Origin: Lingula anatina
Lineage: Eukaryota > Animalia > Brachiopoda
DNA length: 64,000 nucleotides
Assembly (NCBI GenBank): GCA_051362555.1
Contig: CM120640.1
Span: 53,732,788-53,796,787, forward strand
Direction: 5' to 3'
Of this stretch, positions 54,501 to 64,000 are shown one piece after another. The position numbers and the translations under genes were made by a program. Position 1 is the stretch's first letter; every line of letters begins with the position of its first letter. The notes below the pieces were generated by a model. The model had not been told where the DNA came from. It saw nothing but the letters and a program-made list of their open reading frames with translations, and did not search any database.

Positions 54501-57500
54501 TTATCTTAAGTACCACTGCATGCGTTACAACATTTATCTCCATGGAGTGGCCATTCTGACCTTAATACTAAACAAAGTCCTCCTCAACTACATGAGGTCC
54601 TATTGGGTGAGAACTACATGTAGTTTCATTTTTCCACCCACAGATACAGGCTGAGACAATCTTTTTGTACCAAAGTGTATGTGAACCACTTCCAGGTAAC
54701 AGTAATAAGATGACTCTGGTCCCTGCAAGCTAATTTGTCATTTAATCCAGTGACACTTTTCCATGTAATGAAAACTGAAGCAGTGGTACAACTAGGGCTG
54801 CAAACACCACATCAATAGCTGACTATGCACTGCCCAAGTCTCACTCAGTGCATACATAAATAGGACCAGGATTAGATCACAGCATGAGGAAGGATGTTGG
54901 TACATCCAGGAGCCAGCCACAAACATCTAACTTGGTAAAATGGACCAGACAAAAGCAAGAACCAAACAACTTCCTCCATTAGCCACACCTATAACCACAT
55001 GAATATACATAAATAAACGACACATTTAAAATAGCCTAGCATCACTGACTTCAAGATCCGAGTGATAAGTCAGGCCCAGTACCCAGTTTTAGCATAAATG
55101 TCCATATGGTTTCCCCTATAACCATTCGACTGCTGTATGAACATTGAAACATATCTGTGAAAATTGTGTTAGCTAAAAAATCCTCATCATTTCTATCTTT
55201 TTTTATCTTATTATCATTATATGATAACTTTTAGAAAATACATGACATTAGTCCCAGTAATTATCTTTATAATATTATAATATTATACATTATTAAGTTA
55301 TAAGCCCATTATTAAGCCCAGTCAATACCACTGCATTACCACATCTCTAGGGTATGAATCCCAACAAAATAACAGAATGAAGATGTCAATAAATGTTTCA
55401 TATTATAAATTTTACACTAAATCATTGCACACTTTGTTGGTGCTTTTATACTCATAATCATCATGCATAATCACCCTCAGTTGCAATAGTTTCTCCATTT
55501 TCCCCCTAAAATTTCTGGCTAGTTTAAAAAAGTTAAAGCTGCCAGTTTAAAAAAAAAATCCACTCAAAAACTCTCTGTCTTTCAAGGGATCAATTTACTA
55601 ATTGACTAGTTTTCTCAATTAAAAATACATATTCTGTATTAAGCACATGATCATTAAGTAAACACTAAAAGTCCAGTTGGGATTGCATTGCCCTTATCTG
55701 CCATACGAAATACAGAATTGTATTGTTTAAGTAAATATACACATACATATATATCACCAATTATCAGCCAACCAGGACCTTGCTATCCTTATCTGTTACA
55801 GAAACAATTGGTAATTATAGTCCCTTTCTGTAAACTGCTATGTTGAGATTGCAACATTAATGATTTCAACATCTTCATTTGGGAACAGTAATGGTGTAAC
55901 ATGGGTTGAGAGTGGATGCCTGCTCACAAAAAGGGGTGATGCCGAAGTATGCAGACATGTATCTGTTTTGATCTTTCTAGTGCATAAATAGTGAAACTTA
56001 TCAAGCACATGTTGAGAAATTAGCTGCCACCTGCTAAAGTCTATTGTATGTATACCATACATTCAAGTAATGGTTGAACTCCTCCAGCATTTGCTTTGTA
56101 TGGGTTCCACACCAGTAAGTTACTTGCTGTGTCACATTTCCAATGGTTAATTATTCATTTTGGGTTCATAAACCACATCTTAATTATTTTTTTAAATCTT
56201 GTTATGTTAAAGGTAAAAATACATGAATTTTACTCATATTTTCATGAATAAATAGACCACAAAACCATTTATCTTAAATAAAAACCTTATAAATCTTCTA
56301 TACCAATATGTCATATACCTGGACAACTTAATGTCTAAAATATACCTAATCAACACAGATTCCTGCCATTAAAATGACTCTGAACAAAAGAAATAAGTAA
56401 ACATAGATGCTTCAAATTATTTCTAAATTGAATCTTATTGAGGCATGGTAAAAAACACATGACTGACCGCAAAAATCAAATGCAGCATCACGCCTTCATC
56501 ATTCTAACCAACAGGTGAAATTGACAAGCTATTGTTGAGCACAAAAAATGTCATTTGTTATCATGCCTGCTTCAAACAATTTGCAAACTTAGCAGGGGGT
56601 GCAGTAAAAAGTTTATGTTGACATCAAAATGGGTCAAATGTGTGCCAAGTAATTTCAAACCACTTCACCTATCCAGGACAGAAATGTCTTTACAGCTTCC
56701 CCGAGCAAATATTAAGCTCACTGCTTGGCAACTGCCAGCTATAAAATCAAACTCTTATTCAATTGACTTTCAGAGTGACGTAATTATGAATTTGGCTGAT
56801 GATTACAAAACCTCCAAATGAATGAAAGAAGAAAATAAATATGCATATATTTATGTTTTTAGTTTGCTTTTATAATACAAGTGATTGACAAACAGCATTT
56901 ACAGTTTTTCAAAAATTTTACAAGCTTTAAAAAAAGAGAGAATATGAGAGATGCTCATGAAATAGAAAGGTACAGTAGCAGATGGTAACTGCCCAAATCC
57001 TGAAAGATCAAGTCACCACAATAAAGTTATGCTGTACAATGAACCAGTGGATTTCAAGCACTTATTACATGAGGAAGCAGTCAGCAGCTGGATGATCTAG
57101 GGCTTTCTGATTTGTAGGACGACTTCTAAGCAAAATGCAAAAAATCAAAATGATTTATATTTTACCAAAAGAAATGTTTCCATTAACAAAGAGTTACACC
57201 AACATCACAAAGCCCCTGACAAGCCACCATGGGAACATCGTTCCAAATCCAGAAATCGTGTGGTAAAATTATTATAGGATGTGATCAAGCGTATGGCAAT
57301 TATAAACCAATTATAGTGCATAGCACCATTTCCTAACTAACTGCTTTAATTGTATACCCATATCCCCTTTGTCATGCACTGCAGTGTTCTCTTTCATGTT
57401 ACTGATTAAGGTGGCATTGCAAATGAAATCAAAACTAAACTGCTGAATTTCTGGAATTTGTAAACTTAATTCAGACACAATTTTTCTTCTTTAGTATAGT

Positions 57501-60500
57501 CCAGTGTAAGTCTGGATTTGCAAAGGTTTATTTAATTTAACCCAAGTTAAAGTAAAAACAAAGACTAAAAACTGCATATGAAATCATCTTCAATGTTTGA
57601 AGACAATGGGTACAGTAGTCATGGCAGTAAGACAACAGATTTGGTTTTTATGGTCAAAATATTTATGACATAGATACTTAATATTGCATAGTGAGAAGTA
57701 AAGTTGTCATATTAAGCATAATTTGAATCTACAAGTCCTTTAAATGACCTGTTTATTGATACCACAAATTATAATAGTACAAAGTTCATCATAAAAATAA
57801 ACACTGCCTTACACTAAACTAGTGTTATATATGAGAAATTTAAGCACAACAGTTTCCTGATATTTGTAAAACCTTTCCTACCCAGCTGAGCACCTGTTCA
57901 GTGCAATTATAACCAAGCTCTATGCTTGACCACCTGGCTAGGGGTGACTTAACAACTGACTCAAAATAGCATCAGGTGTTTGTAAAGATGTAACCAGTAT
58001 TATTCTGCTCAGAAATAACACTGATCATGGTGTAGGTTTTCAGATACAGGGCAGTTAGTCTCTTAGGCGTTTGTGATATATTGTGATATATTAAAAATTA
58101 TTACAGATCTTATCCCTTTATTAGTCTATATTCTTTTCTAGGGCACCTATACAGTAGGCAAATTCAAGGAAAAAAGAAAAAAAAAATATATATATATATA
58201 AAGAAACTAGGGAAGAGATCAGATAGTGCAGGCCTCTGCAACTCAATTCTCATTGCTAATTAGTTTCTGACCTAACCTGAAAATTTAATCAAAATCCATA
58301 AATAACTTTTTGAGTTAGGTGGTTAACTAACAAACCAACAAAGGTAAACATGGCGGAGGTAAAAAAATGTTACATTAATATATGGTATATAAAGTGCTTA
58401 CCTTAGCCACCTGAAACTTTTCCTGTAGTGCTTACATGTCCCAGTCTCAGGAAGAGGCTTGCCCTCTTGGATAGCTGGGTCCTTAACTGCTCTTGGTGCC
58501 TTCTTCACTACTATTACATTAGCACCATGAGTGTCTGAAATTAAATTTTGAATCTGGTTATCTGGATTCACATCTCTTCTATCAATCCCACCTACATTTC
58601 TTCTTTGCTTATATGACCAAGTAGAAACAAAGCCACAATAATACAAAATTTACGTTCCACAAAAATAAAAAGCATCATAACCAAAAATTATAGTCACTTG
58701 CTTATAAATCAAAAATAGATTTTTGTGCATGGTCATTCTGTTAGGTACAGACAGGAAAAAATTTGCTAAAAATCACATCTATCACAATTTGAATCTTCAT
58801 TGCAAGAAAAAATTTGATTGAGTAAATCTCATCCATCACAATGTGAAATCATTTAGTTGTCAGTTATAGCACAAACGGATGGTAAACCCTACAGACCAAA
58901 TTCAAAAAGAACAAATGAGACTAAATTGTAGTGCTCTTCAATAGTGTTAATTTGAAGTGTTTTCATATTTTACCTGTAATATTTGCTGGATGCAGTTGCT
59001 GAAATTTAACTGCCTCCACAGCCACCTTAAGTTTGCTGTAACAACCAAGGCATCGTGTATCACTCATTTGACCAGGGGCAAGACCCTATAAATAATCAAA
59101 AGGTCATTCCATCATAAAAAGATACTATGTAAAATGTTTAAAATAACATTCTTTTCACTTTTGGATATTTAAACAAATCTCATTGTTAACAAAAATATCA
59201 GAAGGAGAAAAAAATAGTGGTGCCTCACTGAAAGGTAAATATTGCATTACCTCTAACTTCATTTCTTTGGAACAGTTCATACAACCAACACTGAAAACAC
59301 AGTCAGCCAGGACAAGGTCAAACGCAACACATCCCTGTAGGTCAAGGTAACCAATAACAGAAGACATCTGATGTGCAAGGCTTGGGCGAAATGTCACATA
59401 CTGGCATGAAGCACACTTGGGGCAAGGAACTGCATTAAATTGATTCTGTGGTGTTACTATTTCAGCCAGATTCTTACACCTGCTACATTGAATGATAATC
59501 TTGATTTTCGTTCCCAACAAAGTGGCAGCATCCTCCAAAAGCTGAAGTTTTAGCAGACGGATCTCTGTTCCCTTCTTTACAGGATCCAAGTTACCTGTGC
59601 AGTAAATAAAATTTTTGTATGAGTGTTAAAGCATAATAAGTTCAGATATATATGTCTTACAAAACAATATGATTTTCTGAATAAAGTATATGAAATTTTT
59701 ATACCTCATCACGTTAGTTCTTATATCAATCCAATTTTTAAAAAAAATAATTGTTTCGGACAGAGGATATACAACAACAGTTCCATTTATAAAAATTAAG
59801 TTAAAAAGGGCATTTAGTGGAACTGAAATATTAAACAGACTAGCGTCATAAAAACACAATTTAAACTGTGTAATCTACCTTTTTCACTTTCTGCACCAAT
59901 ATCTTTATTTTCTTTATCCACATTACCATCACCACTGTCAACTTCCTGCTCAGAGACCTCATGTTCAGGGGACATATGGCTTGGTTCCTCCTCTCCAGGT
60001 TCTGGTTCTCTTGAAGTATGAATGTCTTGACTTTGTGATCCTTGCAGTTGAAAGAATGGGATGAATTCTAATCCTGCAGCTTTTGCTGCAAGCTGTCTCT
60101 TCAACTGAAAATTAAAATAAAGTGAAAAAGGATTTAAAAATTTTTTTTCATCTGATGAATTGAATACTGGCAAACCATTTGCTGATTAAATTTCAAACTT
60201 ATCCAGCTTATCACCTTTGTTCATTTTTGGATAATAAATTGGCTTGATAAATTAACATACTACAAGAAAGAGTTAAAGCATTAAGAAAGACAAAAACAAG
60301 ACAAAATGTTTATTTCTGACTTAGTTAAATATACCTTTTTGACTTAAAACGAGTATTGTATAATTTCAAGCTACTATCATATGTGTACCTGTTTCAACCC
60401 TTCTGTGAAAAATTCTTCCATTTTCTTGTCTAACCATTTCAGAAAGCGTCTCAACAGAAGCTCTGCCTTGCCTGCCTGTTGCAGTTCTTTCCAGGTTTCC

Positions 60501-61949
60501 TCAATCCAACCTTTGACATTATAACTCACATAACTGCAGAGAAAAAACATTGCCAAACTTCATAATTTGCAAGATTTCTGCTACAACATCAAGTTCAAAA
60601 TTATACCCAACATGGTCCACTCATTTAAAAATAGCAAACAAAGTGAGTATTCCAGCAAACATTCAATGTTCAGCAGTACTACTTGGGTCATCGTGTAAGT
60701 CATAATTATAATTTTTTTTCATTGATATATAAATTTACGTAAAACATGATATCTGTCATAAGCTCTTAACACATTTTTAACATAAATTATCAAGAAGCAT
60801 TAAACCTTGGGTTGTATTGAGTTTTCTTTCTTCTTCAGCAATTATATATTTAAACAGCAATCTGACAATTTTTAATGAAATATGTGAAATACCTTCTCAC
60901 AGTGTCTGGTAATGTTTGATCCTCGGGAAATTTAATGTTAAAAGGCTGAAATACAAATGTAAGATTTTTTTCACAACAATTTAGAAAATGAATATTTTTT
61001 TTTTCAAATAGAAAATATATACATGTAGTATTCCTGATCTGTTTATTTACAGCAACTGGATTTAATGTACACAAAAACTTATGTCCATGCAGTTACTTAC
61101 CACTTGGGGATATTTCAAAGGAAATGACACAGTAAGCTCCAATGACTTCACATCAAATGGCTTCAAAAAACAAAAGCAATATTTTTAAATGGAGCGTCAA
61201 TTAAAAGAACAAAGCTATAATAGGATTAGCTTTGTTTTAAATCTTATTGTTTTATAAAAATGCTTTATACAATTTACACAGTCCTCATATTTGACAGACA
61301 TTCCTCTGATCTTACTTATGATTATTAAAATCATGCACTTTATTTCTATTTTGTTAATATTATGAGAATTCTGTGGTTTTTGTGTCCTTGACATAAATTT
61401 TTTTAATGTTCCAAAATCAATCAAAAGTAACATTTTTTTAAAAATAGAGACTCCAGTTAAATCATATATATTATATTAGTTTTAGAAAAATACACCTTTA
61501 AAGAGTCGAAATTCTATCTGTAATGCAAAACGAATACCATGCAATGCCCTATTAACACATCAGTGTATACATATCCTACCCAGTCTGGATCACTAGCTGT
61601 GAACTCTATCCTGTATTCATCCACAGTCTCCCCCTCAGTTAACTCAACCTGGCTTCTGGAAACCCTTGGAAATCTTTTCTTTAAGTACAGAATTTCTGAG
61701 TTCCTGAGCTCCTCAATCTTTTCCAGAGACAGCTCAGACATCAAGTATACAAGTTTAGGTCTAGAAGGTCTGTATGGGGGACGAAATGATTCCTTCCTTG
61801 GTGGATTTCGTGACTGGACATTAACACGTGCTTCCTCCTTGATATCTGAAAATGAAAATATGAACCCATTCATTAACAGCACATTAGAAATACCAACATC
61901 TTAAAATGGTAAAATAACTTGATACTTGTTAATGCAAAAAAGTTGCCAC

Positions 61950-61993
<44 letters not shown>

Positions 61994-62646
61994 TGAAAAT
62001 TGTTATGGAGGGTATTAAATTCTATTCTGGTCTTAGCAAACAGGTTGTAGAACTTAAGTGGTAGATATTACCTGCATCCGCACTCTCCACATTTTCCTTC
62101 ATGACACCTTTTCTTTCCTGTTCACCACTTGACCTTTCATGGAAAAAGTAGCATCTGGATCCAAATCTGCACCGGCCAGTTCGTGCAAAGAACTTGCAGA
62201 TTTTATGCCCCTCTGCATTTTCTTTAGTAACTTTGGGCTTCAATTTGTGGGGTTTCTCTGTCTCACTGAAGACCTCTACTACTTGGGCAGTTTCTAATTC
62301 ACTTTGGTCAGTTCCTTCTGTGGCGTTGTCTATAGCTACCTCTTTCAAAGACTGGGAATCAACTTTTGAATCACTGCATTTTGCTCCAGTTGGGTCCTCT
62401 TCATCAGAAAATGGCTGACTACCACGTGTATGCTGGAATTTGCAGCGTTTACCAAATTTACACCATCGTTTATTGGCATAAAACTGACAAATTGATATCG
62501 GAGAAGGATCAGAAGCTTGGGACATAACAGAAACAATGCCACTCTTTTCCTGTTTTTGCACTAATTCCTGACGTGTGCTCATAAAACTATCTGTGAAAGT
62601 GCTGGCGATACTGCTCAACTCCACCTGGGCAATACTTGTAAAAGAC
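48530..62646 (-). CDS. CCCH zinc-finger x2 / RWD-like / Cys-rich / CHY zinc-finger protein (~726 aa from the ATG at 62582; resembles the S. pombe C18H10.09-like family); exons 62646-62072, 61845-61580, 61160-61101, 60945-60893, 60533-60389, 60104-59879, 59594-59251, 59085-58974, 58534-58402, 49769-49655, 49348-49239, 48635-48530
   Basis: Two CCCH fingers (CQFYANKRWCKFGKRCKFQH; CKFFARTGRCRFGSRCYFFH), SDPDWPFDV...FPLKYP (RWD-like), several CxxC pairs, and a CHY finger GTCKHYRKSFRWLRFPCCGKCYPCDVCHD...CGFC...CISC followed by HWEGGKGCRDK. Twelve phase-compatible GT-AG exons; true start uncertain. Confidence 0.9.
52277..53362 (-). CDS. Intronless class A (rhodopsin-like) GPCR, FMRFamide/sex-peptide-receptor-like orphan, 361 aa, nested in an intron of the CHY gene
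   Basis: ATG at 53362 (MENETYGSNC, N-glycosylation sites). Seven hydrophobic segments: TM1 GVILNVLN, TM2 LAVAD, TM3 AVERC, TM5 FIP, TM6 FLIGSIP, TM7 NYTMNFVLYC. Confidence 0.93.
   Translation of the reverse strand: MENETYGSNCQMIENETQQIIDVMEHVGYVYIIPVISLFGVILNVLNLFVLCGKHSPLKGSSYAYLKALAVADGLTCLIVAPIAFVRCTNCVGEDMYTRAFYEVYIYLPFGNIFGTCSAWITVAVAVERCIMIKFPVKSKKICKSSVVWKVVGLLVLCSMAANVMYFFQNYINSSNVKTPTLISLDTGFFVLSWIRAALTKFIPIILLAVLNMYLIKHVYKMEKKRKSMVIQQTVQMRKQRTQVRLAAMLIAVVFAFLIGSIPVTFAHTIIYKGIFGECSLFKLEYFAFRLVANILEILNYTMNFVLYCLLNTNFNARLHSIFSCGSEIKVQAEFSMSHQGQSGPYPEGQQSDDNSIGSRF
61949..61993. repeat. (TA)n microsatellite followed by a T run
   Basis: Direct inspection. Confidence 0.85.
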
Positions 62647-64000
62647 CTAAAATACAAGTAAAATAAATAGTTGAAGCTTTCAAATATATGTCATGTGTCA
62701 AATTAAACGTGCATCATGACTTAAAACTTAATAAAAACATGTAAATTTACAATGAGATATGTGTACATATCTTCTTTGCTAAATCTTTTCACTGATTTTC
62801 ATTGAACAGACAAATTCTTATGCCACATTCCTCTCATATTGTGCCTTGATATCGTTTACCTATTCCTTTTTAATAACAGGCAAAGTAAAAGACAAATAAA
62901 TTGAAACAATCGTTGCCTTTGATTAAAGAGACTTTCGATTCTTCAAATGTCTGGTAAAGAACTAAGCCTAGTATGTACTGCTGTTGAAAGTTTTGTACTT
63001 CCACAAAAGTGGAGTGGGTATGGTTAATCAAAACTTACACCTTTATAGACAAGCGCACTGAGATTGCACAAACGCTGCTCAGCTTACTTACTGTGGTGCA
63101 ATCACTTCAAAACCGGATGTGCCGTGCAACTCAGATATTTATCTTGCGGATATAATTCCGCCGCATTAAGTCACGCTTGCATAGAGTGGACAGATTTTAA
63201 TGGAGTAAATAACTGGTTGCATGGACTGTATGAAACACAAATGATATAATAATAATAATTTGTTCATGGCATAAAGAGGTTAAGCATCTTTGAAGAAGAA
63301 AAATTATAAAGGTGAAGGTCATTCTCAGAATATACATGTATCACTCCCCCCATATGCACGTTTCTGTCTAAAGTCATGAGGTACGCACAGTTGCAGAAAC
63401 TCCTTGGTTATACACTGTCGAAATGCAGCCCCAGACTTCAGAGATACAACAGATTTACTGTAGTTCACTTCAGATGGTACAGTGATCAACCGGACGCAGC
63501 AAAACCTCACTTCAACATTGGTAAAAACATTAGTGCAGTAGATAACGTATTTTAAAGAAGCTTTAGATATACGCCTGTGCATCAGGGAAAAATCTGAAAA
63601 AATCAAACATAGTTTGCAATCTGAGCACTAAATATTTTTAAGAGCATGCCTGTAACATCAATATAAATATAGTTTATATAATTTTAGTGCTTTGGAAAGG
63701 AGCAGCCTTTATGACTCAAAAAGATCTTTACATATAAACCTTCCTTACAATTATGTACTGCTCTGATTAAAGGTGGAATTCATATACCATTACCAGATTT
63801 CTATCTACTAGGCATGCTATATTATATGAACATATGCACTTCTCAAGGCTACTGCTTCATTCTTGCTGTAAATATGACTTCCAAAGTTCTGTAGACAAAT
63901 ACACATTAATATAGTTAGTCATATAAACAATTATTGCAACTAGCATTGTGTGGATTAAAGATGGCATTGATAAATCATAACCAGACAAATCGGCAATATG

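Noticed and set aside
63325-63606. 93-aa minus-strand ORF as an extra 5' exon of the CHY gene
   Set aside because: It has a plausible acceptor but no clear phase-compatible donor or homology; it may be UTR or the end of a gene outside the window.
1-64000. Prokaryotic features (operons, CRISPR, rRNA/tRNA)
   Set aside because: Spliceosomal introns and microsatellites show this is eukaryotic DNA; no tRNA or rRNA was recognised by eye.

Overview
AT-rich, intron-rich animal genomic DNA. It is probably from a marine invertebrate deuterostome such as an echinoderm, which is inferred from sequence style only. Manual splice-aware reading gives six protein-coding genes: (1) the 5' part of an unknown secreted Cys-containing protein (minus, runs off the left edge); (2) a divergent heterotrimeric G-protein alpha subunit (minus, 7 core exons, 4.2-11.7 kb, atypical G1/G3 motifs, unresolved N-terminus); (3) an 85-aa UMA-domain-only microprotein absent as a unit from the ORF track (minus, 37.0-39.4 kb); (4) UBAP1 (plus, 40.1-45.8 kb), head-to-head with gene 3 and sharing its intron positions; (5) a CCCH/RWD-like/CHY zinc-finger gene (minus, 48.5-62.6 kb); (6) an intronless class A peptide-type GPCR nested on the same strand in an 8.6-kb intron of gene 5. 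The 12-37 kb interval holds MITEs, decayed LINE remnants and microsatellites. The window is strewn with TACATGTA and TAGGCCTA palindromes, and one TAGGCCTA is visibly an insertion into a TA site, consistent with a transposon excision footprint. All calls come from reading the sequence; no database searches were run.
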